The notes under the pieces are model-generated. The model was not told the DNA's origin. It did not search any database and saw only the letters and a list, made by a program, of their open reading frames with translations. A stretch of 64,000 bases of DNA from Prorocentrum cordatum (Eukaryota). A program made the position numbers and the translations under genes. Where the stretch lies: the NCBI GenBank assembly GCA_963575745.1, contig CAUYUJ010000081.1, forward strand, positions 372,001 through 436,000. The letters run 5' to 3'. Within the stretch, counting starts at the first letter, position 1. Every line of letters begins with the position of its first letter. Positions 29,087 to 43,095 of the stretch are shown in pieces.

Positions 29087-29434
29087 CTTCTGCAGCTTCC
29101 AGGGTCGGCAGCATCTCGGAGCAGAAGGCGGCGCGTCTCGGGTGAAGGGCTGCGTGCTCAGCCCCCAACGGAAGGACCTGGGAACGAAGGAACCGCGAGC
29201 CCCTCCCGAACCCGAGCTGCTCCTTACTTGCTTCGGCGTGCGGACTGCACAGTTCCGAGCGGCCTCCTGAGGCTGCAGTCAGGATCCAGATGAGGAAGAG
29301 CGAGTCCCATGCACGTCGCCCCCACACGGACGAGAAATGAGGATGCTGCCGTCAGTCGTGGAGGCTCCCTCGGGACGCTGGCCAGACTCGCACGCTGCTC
29401 CCATGGGAAAAAGGGCAACAGTTGCTAGTGATTC

Positions 29435-29466
29435 CCTGGGCTCGAGGTTGATCTTCGGCACGGACC
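29435..29466 (-). CDS. Beta-helix gene exon: (G)SVPKINLEPR
   Basis: ttgcag|GG acceptor in phase 1, all codons end in G/C. The donor is ambiguous (GA at 29434, or GG slightly earlier). Confidence 0.7.
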
Positions 29467-29911
29467 CTGCAACCCAGAGGGGTCAGATAATTAGACGACG
29501 CTATCGGACAGGACACATTGAGCTCGTGTGGAAATAACATATCATAAACAATACGTAGGTCTGGTTGGGATCTCCAGTGCCGGATGACACTTCCGAGACC
29601 AAGAGATATAGCGGCACAGAGGGGATCATTCGGTATGTAAAGGACCAACCTTCCTCCGTGGCTGAAATAAATCCGCCGGCCCCCTTGTGGGGCCACCAGG
29701 CTGTAGGCCGAACGTTCGCAGCTTCCTGTACCAGTTGCAGCTTCCAGCTTCCACTGTTACAGTTCTGTTTCTTGCTGCTTACTGTTCCTTGTTGACTTCT
29801 TGCTGCTTACTATTCCTTGTTGATGGACCGCGCGAGGGGGGGGAGGCCCAAAACGGGCATTGTTAGCACGCCCTGAGCGTGTTATCTAAATTGTGGGTGG
29901 GAAAAAATTGA

Positions 29912-30595
29912 CACCCATCACGCAGATCGGCGGGGTCAGGGTCCAAAAACACAAGGGATTTGCTACAGTTTTAAAATCCGGCAGCACCCCTCACGCAGAT
30001 CCGTAGGGTCAGGGTCCAAAAACTCGAGGGATTTGCTACATTTCTAAAATCCGGCGGCACCCCTCACGCAGATCCGTAGGGTCAGGATCCAAAAACATAT
30101 GGGATTTGCCACATTTCTAAAAATTTGCTGGCACCTCTCACGCAGATCGGCGGGGTCAGGGTCCAAAAACACATTGGTGTTGCCACATTTCTGAAATTCG
30201 GTGGCACCCCTCAAGCAGATCGGCGGGGTCAGGGAGCAAAAACACATATGATTTGCAACATTTTTGAAATTCGCTAACACCCCTCACGCAGATCGGCGGG
30301 GTCAGGGTGCAAAAACAAATTGGTTTTGCCACATTTCTGAAATTCGGTGGCACCCCTCACGCAGATCGGCGGGGTCAGGGAGCAAAAACTCAAGTGATTT
30401 GCCACATTTCCAAAATTCGGCGGCACCCCTCACGCAGATCGGCAGGGCCAGGGTCCAAAAACGCAAGGGATTTGCCATATTTCTGAAATCCAGCAGCACC
30501 CCTCACGCAGATCCGTAGTGTCAGGGTCCAAAAACACATGGGATTTGCTACATTTCTAAAATTCGGTGACACCCGTGACGCAGATCCGTAGGGTC
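29912..30595. repeat. 73-bp tandem satellite, ~9 units
   Basis: CGCAGATC recurs at 29921, 29994, 30067 and 30141. Confidence 0.95.
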
Positions 30596-31870
30596 CCGAC
30601 ACTGCTGCACGGCGGCGCCCAGACCTCATGATTTAGTTTTTGCATCTCCCATTATCCGAGACAGGGACCAGCGGCATGGGGCGAAACCCTTACGGATAAC
30701 AGCGCAACATGCGCTTGAGCTGGACTGCGAGAATACCCGATTGGCATAGTCAGTGCTAAGGACTCACTAGCAGCTTCCGATCATGATATCAGCATCGCAC
30801 TTACGCTTGCACTCTAGACGACAGAAGCTAGAGACTGGGGGTAGAGAAGAGTCCCGAGCCCCACCCAGCGGCATCGCTAGTCTTCGGCGTCAGAGGCGTC
30901 TGGGAGCCACTTTTCAGCACAAAAGACAGTGTTCACCGATTCGTGTCGTAACACATCCAAACAGAACTGTCATAAAGGGACCCTTGCGATCGGTGCTGAG
31001 AGGCTCATCATCTCAGGTATCGCCTGACCTTGGATCCACTGCAAACCTGGGACCACGCAGCGCAAAGCGCCTGACAGCCACTGACCATCTGTGAACAACT
31101 AGCCGCGACCTCCCTCAAGAGTCGGTAACAAGTGAGCCAAACCGGCAAGATATCGAAACCGATAGGGCCAAGTGGGAGGAAAGACAGCTGAAGGGTGAGG
31201 CGGAGGAGAATGCGGAGGAAGACGACGAGCCGCAGAAATGGCAGGCAACGAGGAAGGAGTCGAGCGGAGCGAACCACCTGTGCGAGAAGGGTATCCTACC
31301 AAGGTGGGCGTGGTTTATGCTCAACATAAGCTTTCGATCAGCCTTGCAGCACACTTCGCGCGCGCCAGCGGAGCTACGGCACTGAAGCCCCACAACCTGC
31401 GAACGGACATCCCGGGGTGGGCCCAGAACGAGACCGTCCCAAAAATGAGGGGACAACGAGGAGTGGGAGGAGGAGCGCGGCAGTGTGATGAAGTGAATGT
31501 AGCTTCTCAGCCTTGTGCAGCTCTGACGCGCAGCCCTCCCAAGCTCAAGATTTACGACGCAAACCACGCCTCTGAAAGCGTCCCAGCTTTGGGCCCAATG
31601 CGCTGGCACTCGCGCCCGCGCGCTGCCCCCCCTACTGGCAGGCCTCCTGCCTTCCGGGGGTTGCTAGAGGTGCCCTTGGCCCAAGGTGCCCCCAGCTTTT
31701 CGCTCAGTCTTGGAGCCCCTGGAGCCCTCTGGGCCTCGCGAGGGGGGTTCTGGAGGCCGTGGGGGCCTTCTTGGAACTCCTGGGGGCACCTTGGTCTGGC
31801 AACACCCGAGCCAGTTTCGCCAAAAAGACCAACAAACACAGAAAGCGCAGATCCTCGTCGGGGCAGCTGC

Positions 31871-31916
31871 CTCCGGTGACGAGCTCCTTCCACGAGGTGC
31901 CGTACTTCACGGGCAC
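31871..31916 (-). CDS. Beta-helix gene exon: VPVKYGTSWKELVTG(G)
   Basis: aag|GTG acceptor, GGA G|gcag GC donor, nearly all codons end in G/C. Its phase-1 end matches the next exon. Confidence 0.75.
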
Positions 31917-34900
31917 CTTCAGGGCCGCCGCCTCGCGTTCGCAGCACGGGGCACCCCGCCGACGAGAGCGGGCCCCTCGGAGGCATCAGATCGTCCAGCA
32001 CCGCATCGGGCTTTCGGATCGGACCAGAGTGTGCACCGACTCGGGCCGCATCGGCACGGAGTCGGGATCAAATCGCACCAGCCGCGCCAGAAAGCACAAC
32101 AGCGTCATGCAAGCGGCGAGCCACATCGGACCGCCAGAAAATCGTAATCGAATCGGATTGGGCCAGCCAGAATCGATAGATCAAATCAAATCAATCAGTA
32201 GACATTTATGTTACCTTGGGGGGCGGTTGGGGGAGGGGGGTACCGGTAACGGAGGCCGCGGCGCGAACCCACCGAGGCGCGCAGCCTACGTCGTCGTCGT
32301 CGGCGGCGTCGTCGTCCAACCTGACAATGTTTGTGCACAAAACGCGGGTTCTGTAAACCACAATGCTTTCCTGAACCGGAACTGCTGCAGAAATTGCATG
32401 TGCGCGCCACGGCGACAAAATACACCATAACAACCGTAAACACAACAGCGCCTTTGTACATCATACAGTTTGTGCACACCACGGCGCCCGTGTGCACCAC
32501 AGCTGCTGCTTCAGCGCACCCTCGCACCTGTGCCTGCGTACACCATAAAGCTTGTGTGCACCTGAAAATACCGACGAAGCCAAACTCTGCAAAATAGTCG
32601 GGGGGCCGAACGCATCAAATTCAGTATGCGAGTTCATTGTGATGATTTGTTCTTCTGGCCCAAGGAACGCTCGGATTGTTTGGGCCCGCGACGCCTGTGT
32701 ACCCCATAGCGACTGCGCACGTCATGGCAACTTTGCGCATCACGGCGCCCATGAACACCTCGCAGCTTGGGGGCACGCGGAGCAGCGTCAGCCGAGGGAA
32801 TACACGCAGGAGAAGCAGGAGGAATAGCATCACCAGCAGGAGGAGCAGGATTTGTAAAAGGAACCCCGCGATGGGGTCGACAGCTCGGAACCCCCGCTTT
32901 TTTCCAAGAGCACTGCCATGATGGACACCATCATCTTACAGCATGTACACCTACCTACCTCTACGGACCCGACGGAGCCAAAGTCCGGGAAATCGCTGGG
33001 GGCCCGAATGTATCAGCTTCAATATGTGATCTGATTGTGAATATTAGTTTTCTGGACCGAGAAACGCTCAGACATTTTGAGCCCAGCGCGAACGTGAAAC
33101 ACAACGCTTGTGTGCACCACAATGCTTGTGCGCACTACAATGCGTGTGTACACCGGAATGCCTGCGTCCTGTATGCGCAAGGAGGGCGACGACGAGGAGG
33201 ACGAAAATGATGAGGGAGGAGGAGGAATAACTAGGAAGTGACGCGTGGGTAGATCAAAGCCCACAACGAACGCATATATCACAGCGACTTTGCGCGCTAC
33301 AGCGATTGTGTACAGCACTGCGCCTGTGCACACCGTGTACACCACAATGCTTGCGTACACCCACTGTGCTTGTGTACACCACAGCTGCAGCTGCTGCTGC
33401 AACGATAGTTGTGTGCGCCACAACGCAGGTGTACACCGCAGTGCCTGCGTACACCATAATGACTGGTGCACGCTCGCGTGCAAAGAGGCACCAATAGTGC
33501 CCGCATGCGCCACAGGCCCTTGGCTGCCTGGGATCGCGTACTGGACCGGGCCGGGGCGTTGCTGTTACGGGGGGGGGGGCAGGAAAGGGGCAACATGCGT
33601 TACAAGATCCCTTGGGTGGGTAAAATTGTCTCCTAATCGCACCGAACCCTACGGAGCTCCTGGGAGGCCATCGACGGCCTTCGGCAGTTTGTCGTCGTCG
33701 TGATCGCCATCGCCATCGCCGTCGTCGTCGGGAGTTTGGCTCGTTCGGGGACGGCGAGGGCGAGGAGAAGAAGGCGCACTTGGGCGGAAGACTGCCGCCC
33801 GAACCCCCTCCAGCACGGCGCCGCTGGCTCGCCGCAAGCACGCACGCACCCAACCGTCGCTAAGACGAAGCCAGGACAGGGACAAAATCGGACAGGGACA
33901 AGGAGCGCTCGTGAACGCTCTGAAAGCGTTCCCGAACGCTCTGGAACGATTTATCCGCGTCATATCCCCGCCCCATTCGTCCTGACCGCTAGTTTAGAAA
34001 TACCCCAAGACAGGACAGCACACTCAAGAGAAGGGCAGAGGGCGCAGAGGGGAAAGACTAGAGGAATAAAGAACTGCATGAGCATAAACTGTAGGAGCTC
34101 CGCGCGGATTTCTTGGATCGGCGCTGGACCTCCTCTCCCTGGCGCTCGGAGAGCGCCAATGGCGGCGCCGGAGGCGCCGCCAGGAGGGCCCAAAGCCGAT
34201 CCAAGAAATCCAAGCGAAACTTCGAAAGTTTACGGTTACGCCGTGTTCGTTTCAGAAGAGTGGACACCACACTCAAGAAGGGCATGGAACCCCAGAGGGG
34301 AGAGAGGAGAGGCGGGCGACGAGACGGCGCTGAGTGAGACAAAGCGCACGGGAGGTCGCAAAACGGTCCCCCCACCGCCTAGAACCTCTGCCAAGCCTCG
34401 CCCCCCCCCCCCCTCCTCGGGCGACCTCCGCGGCAGCCGTCCCCATCACCCATCCCTGATGTGGAAAGGGGGGGGGAGGGGCGACATCGGTTCTCCTGAA
34501 TCGATGGGAGGCGGAGATAAGTTTCGGATTCCGCAAACGTGCTCGACGAGTTCCGAACCCTACCCCCGCCGCCCATCGAATTGCTTGACTCGGTCGTTGA
34601 TCGGCGAGGGTAGGGTTCGGATTTCGCCTCCGAAGGAGGGGCGGGGGGGGAAGGGCGGGAGAAGAGGAGGCAAAACTAGAGAAACAAAAAAGGCATATAC
34701 ACAATTTCTCTCTGAGGTCCGCGCGGGTCTCTTGGATCGGCGCTGGACCCCCCTCCCTGCGCGCAGGGGTCCAGCGCCGATTCAAAAAATCCGCGCGGAC
34801 CTCCGAGCTTACGCCGCTGTTTTTCTCAAAGGAGGAGCGAGAAAGGGAGGGGCGGGAGAAAAACAGGCGGGAGGACCCATCCACCAAGAGCGTGTGTTTT

Positions 34901-35339
34901 GAGCTGTCCTGTCCAAGGCGTTCCTTTTCCTGTGCAAGCTCTTCGGCACCGCCTGCACCCCGGCCCGCCCTCCGGCCGCCTGAGGCCCCGCCCGCCTGTG
35001 CCCTGTCTCCTCAATTAGAGCTGTGCGTAGCCCGCCTAGCTTTTACAGGAAGAGGTTCGCTCTCGCCCCGCAGACCAAAAAGTGTTTTGAGCTATTCGCG
35101 ATAATGCTCGTGACAGGCACTGTTCACCCCCACCCACCCACCCCCGTGGTCACGTCACGATTCGCGCCAACGCCGTATGAGAATGAGCCAGTCCTAAGCA
35201 TTCCCAGACGGCGCCAGCGCGAATTGTGACGTGACCGGCCCCGTTCCCCCGCTCCTCCCCCTACCCTCTCAACGCCAGGGAATACAAAACACTCTCAACA
35301 GCCACAAGCGTCGGCAGCCCCGCCCCCGCCAAGTGTGGC

Positions 35340-35462
35340 CTTGGCGCCGGCCTCGGAGGAGTTCGCGCCGACGCCCTTGAAGCCGCTGGCCCCCCGTGGG
35401 CCGCCGCGCGAGCTGTGAAGCGGCCGGGGGGCGCTGGGGTTCGGAGAGCCATGAGGGACCCC
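35340..35462 (-). CDS. Candidate exon ending ...GASGFKGVGANSSEAGAK
   Basis: ccccag|G acceptor, AAG|gcca donor, GC3-rich 3' half. Membership in the beta-helix gene is not established. Confidence 0.25.
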
Positions 35463-36761
35463 CTGGGGCGCATCGTCAGGCATTACCGAAGCCCAGAGAG
35501 GACATCCAGGGCTCGGGGGAATCAGGCGGAGGAGGAGGCAGGGAGCAGAGGGGATCATGATCATACTGGCAGTTGCCAGAATAATGCTGATGATCGATGG
35601 CAAAACCTCCAGGAAGGAGGAGGAGGAAGAGGAGGACGACGACGACGAAAAAGAAAAAGGAGAAGAAGAAGACTCGGCCTTGCTGATTGTTTTTTTTCGT
35701 GCTGTGTTTGCTAGAGCTACCTAAGCTGGAAAACCATTCAACCCCTCGAGCGATCGTCGAGTCTGGTCGGCAAGGTCGATAGTCGCACGCACCGTGCAGC
35801 ATGAAATAACTCCGCACCGTTGCAGAACTCTGACTATTTCCCGCGGGCAGGGGGCGCTGCCCCTCTTGCCCCTATGAGGCCGAGTCCCGCGTCGCGTTGA
35901 GCGACGGACGGGCCTCCGAGGCACCCGCCCAGCCCCGACGAATTTCAAGGACCACTTTTGGGTCACCAAGGGGGCCCACCGACCCAACGGGCGGACGGAA
36001 AAAGCGGACCGGGCGCCAACCGCTGGACGCTGTTCGAAGGGCCACCACGGCACCCTTTGGACAGTCCCTGGCCGCGGCGTTGGGCCAACCTCCTTCACCA
36101 GGCCGCCCGCGGGGGGGGAACAAAGTAGAAGGGTCTCGACTGCACAAAGGGCGGGAGGGAGGGCGGGCGCGGCCTCGCGGTGGGCCGAGGTCGGCACGGG
36201 CCGACGGCGCAGAAGGGGCCTAGACAAAGCCCTCAACTCAAGGTTCCTCAGCAGCAGCACCCAGGACGGGTGCGAATGCACGATGCTCCACTTCCCAAAC
36301 CGAGCATTCCCCCCAGAGGCGTCAATAAACTCTGCAGAGGGTAGTTCATTGCCTCCTCGAAGTTCTTTCTGGGCTGACTTCGGGCCTGCCGACCGCGGCG
36401 CATCAGGCAGCCAGAACAGGCGACCAGCGAGCGCCCGACAACAAACATGCGAAAAGAGAAAGAGCGCCAACCTTTTCGCATCAATTAATGAGAATGTCCA
36501 GCCCGACAACATATATATAGAGAGAGAGAGAGAGAGAAACAAAAAAGAGAGAGAGAGGGAGAGACAGAGATCCCTCTGCCGGCTGTGAGGGCGCGGAGAA
36601 ATGAGCGGCAACTCAACCAGCATAGCAGGTCAAAACGACAATAGTAGTAAAAAACGCCACGCCTTCCAACATCAAGAGATATGTCATACATTGAACTGCC
36701 GTTGCCTCCTCCCGAGCAGCGCGGTAGTGGAGAGCCCGCAACCGCTCCTCCCACGCAGTTG

Positions 36762-38400
36762 TCACTTGGCGTCCCTGCCCTTGCCCTTGCCCGCGGCCCT
36801 GCCCATGTCCGGCAGCTTCTGGGCGACGTTCTCCAGGTGTCCGTGAGGTGTCGCGCCTAGCTTCAGCTGGTGGCACATCGCCCCCAGCGAGTAGCTCGTG
36901 GCCCGCTCAAGCCCCGGGCTCGACTGCGGGCGTCCGCGCGCGAGCCCACATCCAGCGCGATCTGGTCCGCGATCGCGAAAGGCACCCATGAGAATCAGTC
37001 GTCGCAGCACTTCCTGAAGCGGAAATGCCAAAAGAGTAACCCGAACTCCGGCATCGGGGTGTTCTTGTTCGAGACGAACTGAATGTATTGACGACATATC
37101 ATCGCGCGACTCGCCGCCGAAGCTCTTCTGACCACCCCCGACTCGCTCAGGCACTTGTGCGCGGCGCGCGCGACGAACAAATGCGGCGGCCCCAGGCGAA
37201 GCATGGTCGCGGCGACCTTGGCGCGCATAGCGCGAACTCCTCCGATTTCGAGCACGCGAACTCCAGGGCCTCCGAAAGCTGCCTTGCCCAGGGGCTGGCC
37301 GAAGGACACAGGGCGCAGTCCTCGCTCACCAGTCGATGGCCCGCGGGAAATTCAGCCCAACTCGGGCACCGCATAAGCCCCCTGACCCGATGCTCCTCCG
37401 CCGCGGGAAGGACCCCCCAGCGGCGCCCAGCCTCGAGCGCCGACCCCCTCCGAAGTTCGCCGCGGGGCATCTGTCAGACCCTTCCTGCCGAGAGCGCGCC
37501 TCGTCGCTCTCCCGAGAATGGCACCAGCCTCATTCACGCAGCCCTGATCTGGGACCCCCCCATCCATGCCCGACAGCAGGGCCCCCCGGAGATCACGCCT
37601 GGACCCGAGCGAATGCCTGAGCACGCATAGCCGCCCCCGCACGAAGCGAACCCGCCGTCGTGAGCCACCACCCCAAGGATACGCGAGGACCGACCTAGAA
37701 TAAAACGACATGACAGGGCCCTGCCGCGCGCAACTGTTCATGGCCAAGCTCCCAGCCCCGAATATACGAACCAGAGAGGCGCGCCCATCTGGGTCGATCT
37801 CCGCCCCGATGTCCTCCAAGATCCCGAAAGAGAGAGACAGCTCCGAGACGCCCACTCGAGAAAGTGCGCCGAGGCCTTCGATGCAGAGGGGCCCCGGGGG
37901 GCTGCGCGGGGACCGGCGTCTTTGTGATATCGTCGGCGTAGCTAGAGATTGATGCCCACGTCCGTCGTCACCCCGCGAATCTCCAGAGCCTCGGAGCGGC
38001 GCTCGGAGGCGGAGGCCCGCTGGGACAGGAACAGGAAGAGCCCCTTGATGGAGCAGCACGGGAAGGCGGCTGTGTGGAGACTCCACCTGTCTGCGGCCAG
38101 CGCAAGGTAACAAGACAACTCCCACGTTGCAAAACTCAACGGACACTTCCGCTGCCCGCACCGCGCCTGTCAAGAACAAAGGGCTATCGGTGCGCAGTCG
38201 CAGACGATGCACGGGGCGAGGAGGACGATCCCCATTTCTTGCGGCCGGCAGGCGGTGCGTGTCCATGGGGGTGGTCGCCCACGGCGAGAAGCAGACGACC
38301 CACCTGGGGTCCTCCTCGCCCAGCAGGGAGGCAGCGGGCCCCGCGAGAAAAGAAAGATAATCCATCAGTGCGCTGCTCTTCTGGCCATGGTACGAGAGTG
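36762..38400 (-). pseudogene. Decayed intronless coding-like sequence of unknown family
   Basis: GC3-biased, protein-like segments in shifting frames (IQFVSNKNTPMPEFGLLFWHFRF; SYSLGAMCHQLKLG...GKGKGRDAK*; CCSIKGLFLFLSQ). Confidence 0.35.
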
Positions 38401-40989
38401 TTATGTGGGCCGCGTGCCTCTCCTGCCCGAGCCGTGGCGGCGGCTGGAGGACGAGGAGGACGAGGAGGAGGCGGAGGAGGAGGAGGAGGAGGAGGCTGTC
38501 CAACATATGATGCCAAAAACGTCCAAAAGCATTCAGGAAGAGAGTGATCAGGAGGAGGGGGAGGGGGCCCTGGACAGTGCCCCGCCTGTGGCTCGCTGCC
38601 CCCTGAAGGAGCCGCTGCCCCGTTCGGTGCCCACAGCCCTCTACGCGCGGGCTCGTGCTGTGACTCGGCGGCGCACCCAGGGGTAAAGTGGAAAGGAGGC
38701 AGGCCTTCTCAGAGGGCGGCAGAGCTACTCAGAAACCCAGGGGGGAAGTGGAAAGGAGGCAGGCCTTCTCAGAGGGCGGCAGAGCTGCTCAGAATCCCTC
38801 GCGCCTTCTGAAGAATGTCCGGTTTTCGAAGAAGGCGTAGAAAACGTCGTAGAAGGCCCGAGGCCAACCGGGCCTTCTGAGAAGGCCCGCCCCCTCTTAC
38901 TTCCCCCCTGGGCTCGCCGCCGAGTGACGGCCCCAGTAGGCGGCTCGTCGATCGCCAGATCGGTCTCTGCTGGCCGATTCGGGTCCGCTGGCGGCGCTCA
39001 ACCTAGAACGACCGCTCTGGTGTCGCAGCCGCGTCGGCACGACACGAGCCTGCCGTGTGGCCCCGCAGGGAGCTCCACCGACGGTCTCAGAGGCACCGTC
39101 CACACATGGGCGTCACGGCCCTATCGGCACACCCGTCACACTCCTCGTGGCCCCATAAGAAGCTCCGATCAAGGCATCAGGCGGGGATCTCCCGAGAAGC
39201 CACGCCGGCACGACACGAGCCGCGCCGACACGACACGGCCCTGCACTGCGGGTGACCCGAGAAGGGCGAGGTCCCTCTCCAGCAGCGCAGTGCTCCACGG
39301 TCCTCATCGGCAGCGCCCCGACGGCATCGACAGCGCGCCCCAGCCGATGTTCCACCACCACTACCACTTCCGTAGGTCGGAGGAGGAGGAGGAGGAGGAG
39401 GAGGACAAGGAGGACAAGGAGGACGAGCCCAATTTTCCTCCCTTCTCCCCCGTCCTGCTTATGGTAGTGGTGGTGGAAAACTGGCCCATCACCGCAGGCA
39501 TCGGCATCGGCGTCGGTAGCGATGGCATCGGCATCTCCACCTGCACCGGCAGCATGCCACGACGGCATCGCCGAGCGCCACCCTGCTCCAGAGCTCAAGA
39601 GGGCTCCAGGGGTCGGGCGAGCTGGCAGCAGCCTCGCAGATGCCCTGGCCACTCTCCCCGCGGCGGTCAGAAGGGAGCGGTCCCAGCCCCCGCGCACCAC
39701 CACCGGAACGCTCCGCTCGGCCTCGCCACCAGAGTCGGTCCTTGCTGTTGTTTGCTTCCCCTCCTTCCCCAACCTCGAGACCGATCCTTGAGTGCACGAC
39801 TTCATCTTGGAGAATTATCGAGCTGCTTGGGTGCAGGAGGGGAGGTGCAGCTAGGACGAACTATCTGCTGGCAGAAAGATGGCACCCACAGGGGACGTCC
39901 ACGTCAAAAGTCTGCGAACTACCGCCATCAGGGACGACGAGGGGCCAGGGCAAGACTCTGAAGCGGTCAACACGGAGAAGCTCTGGCGGTAAAAGCATGG
40001 GGGCCCGCGAAGAGAGGCCTCGTAGATGGGATCGAAAGATTGCGCCGCACCGACGATACATCGGCGATGCATCGTCAGCGTCGGCGATGCATCGGCGACA
40101 TCGACGCGGAACAAAATGGGATCTGCACCGAGACGCGTCGCCCTTGCATCGGCAATGCGGAGCGATCCTTCGACCGCGTCTACTCGGACCCCAGCTGGGA
40201 GGCACAAGGAGAAGGGAGGGCGGCCCTCTGAGAATAAGACGAAGCCAGGACGAGTGAGGAGAACTAAGAATCTCTGAGATCTGGCTGTTCTGGAAGATGT
40301 CTCGGCCGCCGCGGCCTTCTTAGAGTGTTCCAGAACGCTTTGAGAGCGTTCTGGAACGCTCTGGAAAATATTTATCCTCGTCCTATCCCCGTCCGACAGA
40401 CCAATGACGTCATGATGTTTTCAGAACGTCGACCCCCAAAAGGTCTCGAACCATTCCCTGGGACCGGCTTTTCATCCCGATTCCTTTTTGAACGGCCCCG
40501 AGGCCCGGCAAGGGCCCCCGAGAAGTCCTCCGTCGTGATTTCGTCAAGACGCCCTGTCCGAGAGGAGGCACCCAGGCTTCCGAGACCGGCCCAGAGGCCT
40601 CTCGGAGGTCTCCCCGGGGGGCGGAAGCGCTCGGCAAGAGCCCCCTCGCTGCCTTCGTGGGAGGCCGCGCCCCTCGCCGAGCCCTTCCATTGGGCGCGCC
40701 GCTGACGAGCCCCGCTGTTTTGGGCAGGCCGCAAGCGTTCCCGGGCGTGTGGCGTTAACGGGAGTCTCCTCCTCCTCCTCCTCCTTCTCGTCCCTCCTCC
40801 TCGTCCTCCTCCTCGTCCTCCTCCTCCTCCTCCTCGTCCTCCTCCTCGTCCTCCTCCTCGTCCTCCTCCCTCCTCGCCCTCCTCCTCCTCGTCCTCCCCC
40901 AGGCCCAGCTGACCACCAGCACGAAGACGGTAGCAGCAGCATCCAGTCCCCTCATCGCGAAGCAGATCGCGGCAGGCCACAGGCCAGAG

Positions 40990-41415
40990 GAGTCCCGGCG
41001 GCTGGAACTGGCATGGCAGTGGACCTTGGCGCAGAATGCAGTGGTGGCAAACGTCCAAGAAAGCCCTTCAACGTGCTGCTCTTACTGCTGTCCGTGGGAC
41101 CGAGGCCATCAATGGAATGCGTCGATATGTCAGATTGAAAAAGCTATCAGAAGGCTGGTGGTCAACGAGCTCACGATCTCAAGGATCTTACGGACATCAG
41201 CACTACGGAGTCCCAGCTTACGAGATGGTGCAAGCGAGACGGCAGGAGGATCAGTCAGCACTGGGCAATGGCCCTGCCAGTTGCCTCAAAACGAACTTTG
41301 GTTGCTCACCTTGGCCTGGAACACACCTGGTTGCAACGCCTGCAGGACCCCATCGAATGGCGAACTATTGAAGAACGCATTGCAAACAACTGTGGTGAAG
41401 TCGATTACCTGTAGC
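40990..41415 (+). pseudogene. Decayed LINE (RTE-like) C-terminal fragment
   Basis: WRRMQWWQT and TWLQRLQDPIEWRTIEE resemble the W..AQDR..W...E terminal motif; they lie in different frames. Confidence 0.45.
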
Positions 41416-41799
41416 ATTCTGAATGTGCATTGCATGCGATGCCCAGGACCTTGACGTCCTACCCATTTTTCTGTTTTCGCCTTCGCGCTTCGGCGTATGA
41501 CATAGCGTAGCGTAGCGGCGTGGCCCCAAGTATCTCGGAGACCACACCACAATTCGACGAGAATGCAACCCCGATCCGTTTCGAGTCCGGTGAATGCGAG
41601 GCCCCTCCCCGAGACGCCGACGGCTTCGCTACTGCGTCTGGGGACTGGTCGGGTGGGAGTTTTTCGGACGGTCCTTGGCGTCGGTGGGCTCGAGCCCATC
41701 CGTAATTACCCAGGACGGCCCCTCGTGGGGCCCCGCGGCTGGCGGTGGCTTCTCGGTGCGTGGTCGGCGTCCGACAGTCACGCTCCGCACGTGCCGAGA

Positions 41800-42584
41800 C
41801 CGCAGCCATGGCGGTCGCCCCGGAGACCACGGTGGAGCCCCCTATAGGACCCGAAACGCTGTACTGGGTGGGGGGACGCATGAGGGCGGTAGCACTGGGG
41901 CCGTCGGTGGAGCTCCCTATGGGGCCACGGAACGCTGTACTGGGTGGGAGGGGACGCATGCGGGTGGTAGCACTAGGGCCGTCGGTGGAGCTCCCTGTAG
42001 GGCCACGGAACGCTGTACTGGGTGGAAGGGACGCATGCGGGAGGTTTTGCTGGCACCTTTGGTGGAGCTCCCTACGGGGCCACGAAACCCTGTACTGGGC
42101 GGGGTGGATGCAAGCGGGCGGTAGCGCTGGGGCCTTCGGTGGAGCTCCCCATGGGGCCACGAAACGCTGTAGTGAGTGGGGGAACGCATGCGGGCGGTAG
42201 CACTGGGGCCGTCGGTGGAACTCCTCACGGGGCAACGAAACGCTGCACTGGATGGGGGGGACGCATGCGGGCGGTAGCACTGTGGCCGTCGGTGGAGCCC
42301 TTTGTGGAGCCACGAAACGGTGTACTGGGCGGGGGTTCGCATGCGGGCGGTAGCACTGGAGCCGTCGGTGGAGCTCCCTGTGGGACCACGGCATGCTGTA
42401 CTTGGTTTGGGGGACGCATGCGGGCGGTATCACTGGGACCTTCGATCGAGCTCCTTATGGGGCCTGTACTGGGTGGGGGGGACGCATGCGGGCGGTATCA
42501 CTGGGACCTTCAGTTGGGCTCCCTATGGGGTCACGAAACGTGTGAGGGGCGTGCTGAAACGGGTGATGACGATGATGATGATGA

Positions 42585-42616
<32 letters not shown>

Positions 42617-43093
42617 ATGATGATGATGATGATGATGTTGATGATGATGATGGTGATGGTGATGGTGATGGTGATGGTGATGATGATGATGATGATGATG
42701 ACGATGGTGATGATGATGGTGGTGATGATGATGATGCTGATGATGATAATGATGATGATAATGATAATGATGATGGTTATGATGATGATGATGATGAAGA
42801 TGAGGATGGTGAGGATGATGAGGATGGTGATGATGAAGATGATGGTGATGAAGACGATGATGATGAGGATGATGCTGATGCTGACAACGCTGATGATGGT
42901 GACGACGACGATGCTGATACTGATGCTGTTGATGGTGTTAATGATGGTGATGATGATGGTGATGCTTATGATACGTACGATAATTATGATGATGATGATG
43001 CTGATGATGAGAGGAGGAGGGAAGGGCAGCGGGAGGAGTGAACCTAGGGCGCTGTCTTCAAAACGAGGACCCAACAACATAGGATGGTTGGGA
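41800..43093 (+). mobile_element. Diverged family C relative: ~76-bp array, (GAT)n tract, same 3' end
   Basis: Units share GTCGGTGGAGCTCCCTATGGGGCCACG and GACGCATGCGG. Ends GGGCGCTGTCTTCAAAACGAGGACCCAACAACATAGGATGGTTGGG, like 53740-53787. Confidence 0.7.
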
Positions 43094-43095
43094 CA

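Noticed and set aside
30800..31600. Possible Copia RT/RNase H remnant on the minus strand (TDRK.SLYD; RDVRSQVVGLQ)
   Set aside because: Motifs are weak and frameshifted; no LTRs seen.
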